Below are positions 1-11,181 of a stretch of 64,000 nucleotides of DNA, one piece after another (positions within the stretch are counted from its first letter, which is position 1; the number at the start of each line of letters is the position of its first letter). Below the pieces are notes generated by a model. It was given only the letters and a program-made list of their open reading frames with translations, did not search any database and was not told where the DNA came from. Both the position numbers and the translations under genes were made by a program. Source of the DNA: Diplonema japonicum (lineage: Eukaryota; Protista; Euglenozoa: Diplonemea); the NCBI GenBank assembly GCA_964019335.1, contig OZ025731.1, forward strand, positions 248,001 through 312,000. The letters are read 5' to 3'.

Positions 1-1479
1 AAGGTACCTTTTAGGTTTTTTTTTTTTTTTTTTTTTTTTTGTTGCTGTACCCTGGGTTTGCTCTTTTTTTCCACCAACGTTTATGCCGCTTTTTAAAATC
101 GATCCCCCCCTTCCCCTCACTCCCACTTATCTCCAGAATTAGACGAGGCGGGAATAAAAAAAAAAAAGAAAAGAAAAAAAAAACCTCATTGAAGTCAGTT
201 ACTTCTTTACCATTGTTTTTTTTCCCTCTTTCCCCCCCCCCCCCCCCGCCTCTCAATTCCCTTTTATTCTTTTTAATATAATCATCTCCCGGCACTGTAG
301 AAACAATCGCCTTTATTCTCATCATCCGTACAAGGGCAAATCTCTATTGTTGTCAGGGGGGGTTTTTTTTTTATTCTTTTTTTCTTTAGGTGTCGGCGGT
401 GGACCTCATCGTAAAAAATAAACGCAAGCGGAAAATAGTGAAGTCCCGCTTCTCCAGGAGGCCCATCTTCGCCACCCACACCACGCACGACAAGCTGATA
501 GAATTGAAAACCGCCAACAAGCGGGACCGCATCACTCGACTCCTCAAGACGCCCACGGCCTCGATCGAGATGAAAGCAATGCTCCAGAAGGGGAGTATTA
601 ACAACTGTACTTTGAGTTTTCTTTTTCGTAGCAGTGTTGGGCTTATCCTTCTACGGGTTAACCGCACAAATAACAATCATCCGACTCTTTTTTTTTTTTT
701 TTTTTTCATTCACATGATTCCCTGCCGTCCTCAGAACCTACCACTTTCTTTTTTTTTTCTTTTTCTTTTTTTTTTTTTTTTTGGTGCTCTACACGGCGAA
801 TCACAGACTTGTACCAGCGCTTGTCCTGAATATGATCAAGCACGGGCGAGTCCACCTTACCACTCCTGCTCACTAAAAATTGAAAAAGAAGGGGGAAAAA
901 AATTGTTTTTTTTTATTCTGCTTCTTCCTTCTTCTTCTTCCTGTGTGAATTGTCGTCAAAGAACGAGAAACTTCTGTTTCTCTCTGTTTTCTTTTTTGGA
1001 GATACAAAGAGTACATCAGATGTGTTGTTCGCTGTTGATCTTAACGAAAACTGAGCTGCTCACCGCACGCATTAAGGACACGGAATGCAGAGAAGCTACA
1101 GTTCGCACCTCATCTCCCCCCTCTCGGCAAAAAAAAAAAAAGAAAATAATAGAACCCGTCCTTACGTTTATCTCAAAAATAAAAAAAAGAAAATGGGGGG
1201 GGGAAGAAAAAGAGAATCGGGGGTCCTTTTCTTTCTTCTGTTTCTCCCCCCCGTCCTATTTTCTTCTTTTTTTTTCCTGTGTGAAGTCACAAAAGAAATT
1301 CCTTCATTTTTTTTTTAAACTTTCCTACTCGTTGCCGGGAAAAAAAAAAAAAAATTGGCCCCACATTTCTTCTTGTACTTTAAAAAAAAAAAGAACCTTT
1401 TTTTTTTTTTTTTCTCCTCTTCCATTTTTTTTTTATTTCATCGCGTCCCCCCCCCCCCCCCCCCCCTCCTTCAACTCGA

Positions 1480-1511
<32 letters not shown>

Positions 1512-1513
<2 letters not shown>

Positions 1514-2187
1514 GTAAACAAAAACCCACCGGAAGATAAAATATCCGGACCGCCGAAACATCCGGTGATTTTTTTCTTCCGGACATTTTTTTTTTTTGGG
1601 CACTTTTCTAAGGGGGTACCAAGCCTGTCCTGCGCACTGTCCCCTCTGTCTGGAAAACTTATATTTCTGTTGCAAGAGTCTTAAGAACGGCAAAAATAAA
1701 ATTCAAATTAACAGACGAAAGCTGCATGCTCTAAAAAGGGGAAGGACATATCTCGCGACCCCTCCAGGTGCTGACCTCTTCAGGTGACTGAAATGACATT
1801 GCAAGTGGGAATATCTTCAGGTGAGAGGCACCCTTCAATGGCTGCGTTCCGACCAATAAAACTATAAAAGGGGGCGAGGAAAGCGCTACCTGTCCGCACG
1901 TCTGGCCGTCTTGTCTGCTGCCTTCGCAGTCTTGGCAGTGCGCCTGGCCTCGGCCTCAGCAAGTCTTGGGCTGGCACAAATAGGTGAGGTCTGGGGGGAC
2001 AAACGCTAAGTGAACGCTTGTTTCTGAAAACAAGTTCACAAAAGCCTGCATAGTGTGGACATTGTAGTCATCAAGGATGAGTCGGTGGGTGCTCAGCCCT
2101 TTAAAAAAAGGGGGGTCCCAGGAAAAAAAATATCCGGACCGCCAGAGCTTCCGGACATTTTATCTTCCGGTGATTTTTGTTTTACAG
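1512..2187. mobile_element. Non-autonomous TIR element (MITE), Tc1/mariner-pogo-like, TA-flanked
   Basis: Left end ctgtaaacaaaaacccaccggaagataaaatatccgga is the inverted repeat of right end tccggacattttatcttccggtgatttttgttttacag; TA on both sides (1510-1511, 2188-2189); no coding capacity. Confidence 0.75.
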
Positions 2188-2278
2188 TAATTAAAAAAAG
2201 GAGGCCCCCAACCCAAAAAAAAAAAAAAAAAAAAAAGAAAATAAGATGCCGGTAATACAAAGTAGACAAGCGGTATGT

Positions 2279-2380
<102 letters not shown>

Positions 2381-2402
2381 TTTTTTTTTTTTCCAATAGC
2401 TA

Positions 2403-3431
2403 ATGAAAACGCCTTTGCGGTTGCTGGGCAACCAACACAGAAGGCCCCCTCCAATGGAACTGGTGACCGGCGGCGGCGACGACGGAGGGGTGGAACGACA
2501 AATATTGCTGTGGAGGCAGGACCGCGAGGCCGACAAGAAGAAGCTAAACTTGACCGGCGACCTTCAAGAAGGAATACTCATAAAAAACATAAAAGAATGC
2601 TGGAAGCTAGCCGACAAATGCGAAGGCAGCCTCGACAAAGCCTCCCTGCAAAAACTGCTCCAACTCGAACCACAACTGTTACAAGCAGCTACGAAACGTG
2701 ACGCCCTTCACACCATAATCCTCTACAAGAAGCTCTTCCAGAAAAAACTGATTTTAAACACATTTACGTACAGAACGGCACTTCGCCTGATCTCCATGAA
2801 ACACCAGCTCGCAGGGCTGTCGAAAAAAGAAGTCACAACCCACCTTCTCAACATTTCCTCATCAATGATAGACGTATTCGAAAAATCACCAATCCCATAC
2901 CTTGGTACAGTACTGCCACTATATATAAAGGTGTGCGTTGGCCTCGGGCTGCCAAAGGCGCTCAGGGGAGCCCGACAGGGACTTATGAAACTTGATTTTC
3001 CAGTGCCAACAGCAGAAAACCAAGAGAAGCCAACACCCGTAGGAGAAACCCTCGAAAGCTTTGCCACCGAAATGTACCTTCTTGCAAGAGCATGGGACAG
3101 GAAATCATCTGTTAAACAAACCGTTCGAATTATAACCAAGCACCACGGGAAGAGGGCGATCACGAAAAGACGGTACTCCAGCTACCATGTGCAGGTCGTG
3201 GAGAACCTTCAGTTTTACATTTTCGATGTTTTAGAGGCCAGGACAGCAGCGTATCTTCCTTATCTTTCAGAGTCCGAAGCCTGCGAGGTCCTTGTTGGAT
3301 CCGAAGAACAACAGATGCTCGAGGCCGGTATGTCCTGGCTGTCAGAGGCCGAACCCTCTGTGAAGCGATCCGGGTGTTACCGAAGACTCTTTAAAAGGAA
3401 AATTAGGCTTCCGAAATTAAAGGATGTTTAG
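2403..3431 (+). CDS. Hypothetical protein (342 aa; start could be the second Met, MELVTGG)
   Basis: Long homopolymer-free ORF with coding-like composition; only a weak PPR-like stretch (LNTFTYRTAL); family not recognised. Confidence 0.65.
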   Translation: MKTPLRLLGNQHRRPPPMELVTGGGDDGGVERQILLWRQDREADKKKLNLTGDLQEGILIKNIKECWKLADKCEGSLDKASLQKLLQLEPQLLQAATKRDALHTIILYKKLFQKKLILNTFTYRTALRLISMKHQLAGLSKKEVTTHLLNISSSMIDVFEKSPIPYLGTVLPLYIKVCVGLGLPKALRGARQGLMKLDFPVPTAENQEKPTPVGETLESFATEMYLLARAWDRKSSVKQTVRIITKHHGKRAITKRRYSSYHVQVVENLQFYIFDVLEARTAAYLPYLSESEACEVLVGSEEQQMLEAGMSWLSEAEPSVKRSGCYRRLFKRKIRLPKLKDV

Positions 3432-3534
3432 ATTTTTTTTTTGGGGGGGAGGTAGATTTTTTTTTTGTGTGTGATGGTTCTGGGTAGCGAGGAAGGGAAT
3501 GAGATGTATTATTGAGTGCTTTTTTTTTTTGTGG

Positions 3535-5295
3535 GGATCGAGGAGAGCCGCAGTACAACGCCTTTAGAACGAGGTACAGGGAGTACATCGTGTCGCAGAA
3601 GATGGAACTTCGACCACTTACAGGAGAGGATCTGAGGGCGGTGTTGGCCAAGAAGTCAACGAGAACGGCTCCAGGGGTGGATGGATGGAGGATGGCGGAA
3701 CTGCGTGCCATGCCGGTAGTACTGCTGGATGCTTGGGCCGAGCTGTTCAACGCAATCGAGACGACAGGGGAGTGGCCGAAAGCACTCCTGACAGCGCTGG
3801 TGACGTTGATCCCGAAGGGTGGCGAGAGGACTCCTCTGAACCATCGGCCGATCACAGTCACGATGTGTACAGCGGCAGTGGTCTCCTTGTGGGGCCCCCA
3901 GTTCGGGATGAGAAACCCCGTGTCTGTACTGAACGTTCTGCTGCCAGGGCATACGGCACATCCGTTGTCGAAGGTCATCTACGGAACGATAAACAGCTTG
4001 GTCCGGGAGAGCCTGGCCTCTCCGCGTTTGCGGCAGCGTGTTGGTGAGATCATTGGTCTATACCAGGACCGTGATGACGATGAGGTGATGGGTCCGATTG
4101 GAGTCCTGCGGAACAGATGGCTCCCCTTTCTGGGGAAGGGATGGTCCTTTGTGGCCGACCTGCACGGAGATACAGCGGTGGCTCACAAAGTGAGGCAAGC
4201 CATCAGACGGGCAGTTGCGAAGAGGCTGATCGAGAAGAGATCAACCTTCGTGGGGATGGAGGCAGGGGCGTGCCCGTCCACGAACTATTGGTGGAAAAAG
4301 CTCCAGGCCCGGAGACCGTTGGTGTCCTTTAGGTTGCGGCGCATCATTAGTGGTGCAGTGTTCACGACTCACCCGAGGGTGTGGGGGAGAAAATTGGATG
4401 GCCCTGGTGTGGAAAACCCAGCATTAGCGTGTGACGTTTGCGACCACCGGTCCCAGACAACGACCAGCATGACGGAGCATGCACTGTGGGAGTGCGAGCC
4501 GGCAAGGAGTGTGTTGGAAAGCGAGCAATACGCAGAGGTGAAGCGAGAAGGCCTCCCAGCTGCCACAGCCCTTCACGGGATAGTCCCAAGAGGGGCCGAC
4601 AAAGCAGGGAAAGAACGTGCCAGGATGGTGCAACAATACCTCCTGAAAGTAGTGACGGTCCGTGACGCCAGAGCAGCGGAAAAAAGCAAGAGGGTGCTCA
4701 CCTCCAACCCTTGGGATGAGGTAACGACAGGGAGGCAACATGATGTTCCGACGGAAGCGTTGCTGAAGGCGAACGGGGCGTCAGGCGCGGTCCTGACCTT
4801 TCATTTGAAGAACGTCCTCAAGTGGCTAAGAGGCCTACGATGGTACGATGGTAAGAAGAAAACTTCCGTCACTACAATGGAACTCGCCATAGACTATGAG
4901 CAGACCACCCGCCGGTCACTCATAGGTCCCCTCGACGATCAAGACCTACTCACGGAGAAGGCCGCAAGGATGCGATACATCTTGGGTCGCATCCAGAAAT
5001 GCTCAGCACGCTGTGGAAGGTCAGCCTTCCCCGCCAACGCCAAATCAAGGGTGCATACCCTTCGACATCTTGGGGGCCCGACGGCACACGGCTACGACAG
5101 GAGACCACTCTTCTCCTCGAGCCAAACCCCCCCCTACCTAGCACGACTCCAAGCAATGTTTCTCGCCCAGATGCCGTCCATCTCATCGCGACAAACAGCC
5201 ACCGCAGGCACCAGACAGCAACCGCAGAACGGTGACCGATTAGTGTGAATTTCTACCTGAACAGTGAGCACCCCCATGCACACTGAAATTTTATC
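3535..5295 (+). mobile_element. 5'-truncated, internally deleted non-LTR retrotransposon (ORF 3512-5248)
   Basis: RT N-terminal motifs APGVDGW, WPKALLTALVTLIPKG, HRPITV; RT core (YxDD) absent; C-terminal zinc knuckle CDVC..EHALWEC; 3' motif gtgagcacc..gcacactgaaattttatc shared with the copy at 40264-40753. Confidence 0.8.
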
Positions 5296-5330
<35 letters not shown>

Positions 5331-5943
5331 CGACTTTTTATTTAGTGACCAAATGTGCAACTTTGCACCAATAAGAAGTACGACTTCAGCGGCTTGTTCT
5401 ATTTAAAAAAAGGGGGGGTGAAGAGGGGAAATACTCCTTCCCCTTTTCTTTGTTTTGGTGTGTTCAAAGAAATATAGAAAAAGAAAGCCTTCTCAGAAGT
5501 ATGTGGTTTACCCGGCACAAAAAAAAAAAAGAGTACAAGTTTGGTCTTTTTTTTTTTTATTCTAAAGTTTCTTTTGAGCTTTTTAGCCAACGAAAAACTT
5601 TATATTTTCCCCTTGAAAGAAAGGAGTGAGAGAAAAAAAAAAAAGAAAGAAAGAAAAGAGAGAAAAAAAAAAAAGTGTTAAAGAGGGAAAAAAAACCTCT
5701 CCGATTTTCCTCTCCTAGTAGAACTCACCCCCCTCCCTCCTGCCTCTCTCTTTTTTTTTCTTTCTTTTTTTTTTCTTTTTTTTTTTTCTCTTGTTCACCT
5801 CATTTTTTTAAAATCGAGACAACTTTTTTTTAAGTGTTCTCCCCCTCACCCAACACCCCCTCCCACCTATTATTAAAATTCAAAGTAAAAGAAAAAAAAA
5901 AAAAAAAAAAAAAGCAAAAAAAAAAAAAAAAAAAAAAAAAGAA

Positions 5944-7476
5944 ATGTCCAAAGGGCGACCCTCCCTCGGGAGCCTAAACTGTCTTCCAATAGAAGTGTTA
6001 TCTGATATTTTGATCTACGCCGGGCCGGACGCTCTCATGACGGCGGAGCAGCTTTCAAGCCCAATACGAAAAACAATGGTCTGGGTGTGGAAAGAGATGT
6101 ACGAAACGGTCGCCGGGGTCAAAGATTGGAGAATACCGAAACCCCGATATTTCACCCCGAAATGCTGGAAAAGGTACTACTGGGAATATAAGAAGGAGAT
6201 CGAAGGCCCGATCAAGATCCTGCAACGAGGCACCATCAGCGCAAAGATAAGGTGGAGGGTATCCAACATCGATACCATATCCCTTCGTTCCAGCGACTCT
6301 GTAACAATCCACCTGAACGAGGACCCCTCCATACCAACCTTAACAAAATGGACGATAACCCTGCAAACCCAAATTGTTAAGGATGCCGCAATGCTTGGTG
6401 TATTTGTTCATGTTGACAGTAAAGACCTCCCAGATTCGTTACATAAAGTAAAGTGTTGCTACTCATTATCGCTTCTGAGCGACCACCACAGACAGATTGC
6501 ACATGGCGCTGCCGATGGTGTGGGTTTTAACGAACTAGCGAATCCCAGAGGGTGGATATTCCCCAGAAGCGCAATGGAAAACAATGCAATGGAAAACGAG
6601 GCTTTAATTGAGTTTGATGTCACTATACTCCCTACAAAATCAACCTCCGTGGGGCAGTATTACGAGCTGCTTTCGATGAATGATGTTCCAGAATGGTTGA
6701 AAATAGTTTCTGCTTCCGCCGTTGGACGCCTGGCTCAGTTCGCCACAAACCCTGTCGCGGCCAAGAAATCTCTTCAAGGCGCAGGGCCCATTCCGTTAAT
6801 CGTTCTCTTTGAGTCCCCCGACACATCTGACAAGTTGAAGACCGCGCTTGCAGGATGCTTGTGGAATATTCTTGACACGTCGACGATTCTTCTTCCCGTT
6901 GAGATGTTGCAAAGGATAGTCGGGGCTGCTTGCCAGACGCTCAGCACCACGTTGAAGAAAAACAGTCAATATTTAGAAACCGCTGGTGATGTTAAAATTG
7001 TGGAAGCTTGTGATGGAGCATCGCAAATAACGCAATGTTTGGTGAACACAATGTGTGGGTTGATGTGGAACATACCCACTGGGAAGGTGAACCGGTATGT
7101 TTTTTTTTTTTTTTTTTTCCACAAATTCCAAAAAAAAAAAAAAAAATTTAGACAATTGCTTGCGTCACATCCGTTGTTTTTTCCTTCTATTTATTCGGTG
7201 CTCTGTAATGATGAGTATTTGCGGTCGCATGTGTGTTGCTTGCATTTGCTATCTTCGTTGCGGTGTCATGGGCCTCTTCCTGATCGGTACGATAACTGGT
7301 ACCATGTTCTTCTGAACAGGTACCTCTCGAAGGAGGTGCGGAACGGTGTGGCGCTGTCCCATCGTGACATCGTGGAATTCTTCCTCCCGTTGCTGTTCTC
7401 CTCTGACCTCTCGTGTATCGCGTTTGGGCACCGGTGTATTACGGTGTTTTACTTTGATGACATCGATATTTATTGA
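5944..7476 (+). CDS. F-box protein with MATH-like and ARM-like regions; intron 7095-7151
   Basis: N-terminal LNCLPIEVLSDILIY F-box motif; MATH-like strands (IRWRVSNI, KWTITL, LGVFVHV, RGW, IEFDVTIL); in-frame GT-AG intron explains the FFFFF/KKKKK insert. Confidence 0.75.
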   Translation: MSKGRPSLGSLNCLPIEVLSDILIYAGPDALMTAEQLSSPIRKTMVWVWKEMYETVAGVKDWRIPKPRYFTPKCWKRYYWEYKKEIEGPIKILQRGTISAKIRWRVSNIDTISLRSSDSVTIHLNEDPSIPTLTKWTITLQTQIVKDAAMLGVFVHVDSKDLPDSLHKVKCCYSLSLLSDHHRQIAHGAADGVGFNELANPRGWIFPRSAMENNAMENEALIEFDVTILPTKSTSVGQYYELLSMNDVPEWLKIVSASAVGRLAQFATNPVAAKKSLQGAGPIPLIVLFESPDTSDKLKTALAGCLWNILDTSTILLPVEMLQRIVGAACQTLSTTLKKNSQYLETAGDVKIVEACDGASQITQCLVNTMCGLMWNIPTGKVNRYVFFFFFFHKFQKKKKKFRQLLASHPLFFPSIYSVLCNDEYLRSHVCCLHLLSSLRCHGPLPDRYDNWYHVLLNRYLSKEVRNGVALSHRDIVEFFLPLLFSSDLSCIAFGHRCITVFYFDDIDIY

Positions 7477-7679
7477 GATTGATGAAGGGGGGGGGGGGGG
7501 GGGGGGGGGGGGGGTGGGAGTGGAAGAAAAAAAAGGGGGGGTATTTTTTTTTTGTGTGTCATAAACAAAAGAAGGGGGAAAAACTTTTTTTTCTTCCCCC
7601 CCCTTTTTTTTTCCCCCTTCCTTTTTTTTGTGTTTCGGTTAATTCATTCTTCCAACACGTTTCCCCCCCCCCCCCCCCC

Positions 7680-7710
<31 letters not shown>

Positions 7711-7996
7711 CCAATTCAGCGATTTCTTTAGTACCCAATGGTAAAGATTTGGTTTTTTTTTATTTTTTTATTCCCCCCCTCCATTCAGGTTGGTGCAACG
7801 GAAAAAAATAAAAGAAAAAGAAAAAGAAAAGCTATAAAAAACCCACCGAAGAAAGTTTTTTTAGAAAAAAAAAAGAGGAGGGGGGTTCCCCCCCCCCCTC
7901 TTAAATGGGGCAGCAAGACTTTTTGGCCGTGGTCCAATTGGACTACACTTTAAACATGAGTCGCAATTTTGCAGGGTAATCCAAAAAAAAAAAAAA

Positions 7997-9118
7997 ATGC
8001 GACCCCACGCGAACCCTCAAGAAGTCTTGAAAGAAGACATCCGAAACTTAATAGACCAGTATCCGGCATTCAGAGATTTGTTCTGGGCGCACGGCGAGGA
8101 CGATCGAAAGAAGCTGACGAAGGACTGGGTGGACAGGTACGACAACGAGGAGCACGACTACTCAGGGAACAGCAAGAAGATGCGGGAATGGGTGGAATCC
8201 CTGTGGGACAAAGGCGTCTTCACAAAGAACAACAACAACAACAACAACAACGAAAAAAAAGAATTCTCAATCGGCGAAGAAGTCCTATGCAGAGACACCG
8301 GCGAACAGTGGCTCCAGGGCGTCATAAAACACACCACCCCTCTTAGAGTAAAACCCCGCGGAAACTCCGCAAATTGCAACTGGAAAGACGCAACCTGGGA
8401 CGAGGTAAAAAAACTACCCTACACCCCAGGTAGCGTAGTCCGATTTCGCGACACCACAACTCAAAACTGGTCCAGAGGCACTGTCAAAGCGCTAAACCCT
8501 TTACGAATCAAGCCCCATAACGGTGATGGTGCTCACGCCTATACATACGTATCTGAAATCCCCAAAATGCACATTTACGAAAACGGAGAAAAGAGTATCG
8601 AAGGCCCTTGTAGTATATGTCTAGAGACGGGTTCTGACACTCCCTCACATCTCGCGTCGTGTTGTGGGAAGCATATGTTTCACAGAAAATGTTTGGAAAA
8701 GTGGTTTAAAGGGACGCCGGAGTGTCCTTCGTGTAGAGCGGTTGGTTTGCAAGAAGAAGACATTGTAGCTGAGAAAGAAGAAGAAGAAGAAGAAGAAGAC
8801 TGCATTCCAGCCACCACCAGAAACAGCGGTACCCTTTACCGACACACCGATGCAAACTGTGATGGTACCTCATTTCTTACTCACATAGACTCACCTGCTG
8901 GTACACCTCCTTTTGCGGTCCATGTGGATGACGTCGTTTCTCCGCTGTGCCCGCCGAGGCTTGGGGTGACGCTGGAGATTTTTGGATTAAAGAGCGAATC
9001 GAAGCTGAACGGGGAAAAGGGAATCTGTGTTGGATTTCTAGAGCGGAGAGCGGTGGTTCTTCTGAAAGAAACCGACGTAAGGGTAGCGTTGAAGCTGGTT
9101 AATGTCAGACTGGTTTAG
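7997..9118 (+). CDS. RING-H2 finger protein with two tandem Tudor/SH3-like repeats
   Basis: CSIC..CCGKHMFHRKC..W..CPSCR; repeats FSIGEEVLCRD..W..G..PLRVKP and YTPGSVVRFRD..W..G..PLRIKP. Confidence 0.8.
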   Translation: MRPHANPQEVLKEDIRNLIDQYPAFRDLFWAHGEDDRKKLTKDWVDRYDNEEHDYSGNSKKMREWVESLWDKGVFTKNNNNNNNNEKKEFSIGEEVLCRDTGEQWLQGVIKHTTPLRVKPRGNSANCNWKDATWDEVKKLPYTPGSVVRFRDTTTQNWSRGTVKALNPLRIKPHNGDGAHAYTYVSEIPKMHIYENGEKSIEGPCSICLETGSDTPSHLASCCGKHMFHRKCLEKWFKGTPECPSCRAVGLQEEDIVAEKEEEEEEEDCIPATTRNSGTLYRHTDANCDGTSFLTHIDSPAGTPPFAVHVDDVVSPLCPPRLGVTLEIFGLKSESKLNGEKGICVGFLERRAVVLLKETDVRVALKLVNVRLV

Positions 9119-9289
9119 AAAAATAATTTTTTTTTTTTTTTTTTTGTGTATGCGGCTTTCGCTTTAGGAGTTTGCTATGTTAAATTTGAGTTTTATTTAA
9201 TATTTTGACTTTTTTTTAAAAATTCACGCAATGGAGCTTTGACTCTCCGGTCAATTTGCAAAAAAAAAAAAAAAAAAAAAAAAAGCTAT

Positions 9290-10755
9290 TTATTGCCAAC
9301 AAATAATGAGTCATAATTTAACTCGAATTCCCGAATTTTTTGCAAAAAGAAAACGGTAACGAGAGTTAAATTATGGCTCATTTGGCGGCAAGTAAGTCGT
9401 TTTATTTCACTCTTCGTCATTTGAGTCACTCACTCTCACTGCTTTCACCGCTGCTTTCCTCACACGGGTCAGCTTTTGGTTGGTTATTGTTGATATTGAT
9501 TGTGACGTAGTCGCTAATATTTGATAAATAGATAGTTTGACCCGGTTGGACACCGTTGGGGGCGGGCTGTGGCAGTCCAGGCTGCTAATCAGCTTTTTGC
9601 TTTTATCGATGTAGCCCTGGGCTACTGAAACCGAGTTCCAGCTAAAAAAATTTCATCAGCGTGGCTATGTCGGCGCCCCCTTCACAAGCAGCTGTAGCGG
9701 CACTCCTCCTCATCGAATGCGAAGTGTACCTCGACAGGCAGCTCTTGCCTAGCAGGCTGGCCACTACTTTGGTGACGTTCCTCACGGTGTTGATCCCTAA
9801 CCTGGAGCAACAAACCCCTTCGACCCCCTCCAAAGGAACGGTTTCTTGTCGTCAACAGAGGAAAAATAGATGTTGAAAACATCGGCTGCGAGTCCCTTCG
9901 GCACTAAAAAGGTCGAAAGCTCCGGAGGTCCACGCTGTTGCGCTGGAAGCAGAACCAGAAGCCGTAGTCGTCTTGCGACACCTTAGAGTACTCTAGCTCG
10001 TACAGCTCTTCCCCCCTCAACCCCCCGTAATAACCACAAACAAACATTGTTCTGTTCACGGTAAAAACGTTGGCCTTCATATGCTCAGGGCATTCGAGGG
10101 TGAGCAACGTAGAGAGGTCCTCCATGTTGAACTCCTCAGCTTTTTTGACAACCCGGGTCGTGGAGGATTCCGACCTCTTCAAAAAGAGTTTTGAGCTCTT
10201 TCCACTCCTTTTCATCAGCCCCATAAATTGCAGCGAATCCACGCGGTGCCACAGCTGTACCCATCAGCAAGTTTCTGCTTAAGATAGGAGATGACATCAG
10301 CTTCTTTCGGATTCGTATGCTTGGACCAGAAGTTTTCCCATGCTGTTTTGTAAATCTCAGCTGACTTCCTGGGGAGTTTTTCTTCCCAGTTCGAACACTT
10401 TTTAACCTTTGGCATGATTGCGATGCGATGTGTAGTGCTGTTAGGTGGTTTTTTTGCTGAAATTTCCCTAAGGTGATATGGGGGTGGCAATTTCGCCATG
10501 GCATTTAAAGGGGAAGTAAAGCACTTATTCCCACTTTTAAGGGCTGGAATGGCCTCAGATGGCCAAAAATAGTCAAAATACCCCCACCCCAAAAAAGTTT
10601 TTCAAGGGGGTGGGTACATTTTTTTTCACGACGAGACCATTTTTTCACTCTGAATGGCAAAATCTCATTATTTAACTAGTTAAATAATGGCGATTTCGCG
10701 TTAAATAATGAGGCCCTCCCTAGTGAGTGAAGAAAATGACGAAGAGTGAAAATAA
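9290..10755 (-). mobile_element. Crypton-like tyrosine-recombinase DNA element with frameshifted YR gene
   Basis: Minus-strand fragments give LPRKSAEIYKTAWENF (N-terminal binding domain), GYYGGLRGEEL (catalytic R), HSMRRSAAT (HxxR), WNSVSVAQGYID (W, catalytic Y); inverted repeats 9305-9324/9363-9382 and 9402-9434/10722-10755. Confidence 0.85.
9407..10499 (-). pseudogene. Tyrosine recombinase pseudogene (several frameshifts)
   Basis: Catalytic R..HxxR..W..Y motifs are spread over ORFs 10215-10592, 9904-10242, 9642-9833 and a downstream frame. Confidence 0.85.
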
Positions 10756-10827
10756 AAAAGAAAAAAGAAAAAAAGGGGGGATAAGGGAGGGGGAAAAAAA
10801 AAGAGGAAAAAAAAAAAAAAAAAAAAA

Positions 10828-11181
10828 ATGACCATTTCGCATCCTACGAAACAGAAAGGGCGATCGGTTACTTTCAACCCAACGGTGGGTATATTTATAT
10901 ATGAGTCCCCTCAGCATATAGAGCCTGACTGCAAGAATGTGGTGGGGGTACCGAAGTGGATGCTGACAGATGCTGTCCCTGAGCTCGAAAATAATTTGTA
11001 TCAAGGTAAGGCCAGCGAAAACAACCCCTCAAATAGTGAAGTGAGCTGGCAGCAGGCGCTGAAGGTTGCTAGGAAGATTCTCCGTGAATCGCCAAATGCC
11101 GTCTCCGGCGGCACCACCAACAATAAAGAGGCTTATTTGGCAGCAAAAGCTGTTCTGTCATCTTGTTCAATTCAACTGTAA
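10828..11181 (+). CDS. Small hypothetical protein with RVxF-like motif (RSVTF)
   Basis: ATG directly after a poly-A run as in other genes; 117 aa of non-homopolymeric sequence. Confidence 0.55.
   Translation: MTISHPTKQKGRSVTFNPTVGIFIYESPQHIEPDCKNVVGVPKWMLTDAVPELENNLYQGKASENNPSNSEVSWQQALKVARKILRESPNAVSGGTTNNKEAYLAAKAVLSSCSIQL

Noticed and set aside
390-600. Possible exon (VSAVDLIVKNKRKR..)
   Set aside because: No start or stop context and no recognisable domain; the 375-aa ORF is mostly low-complexity read-through
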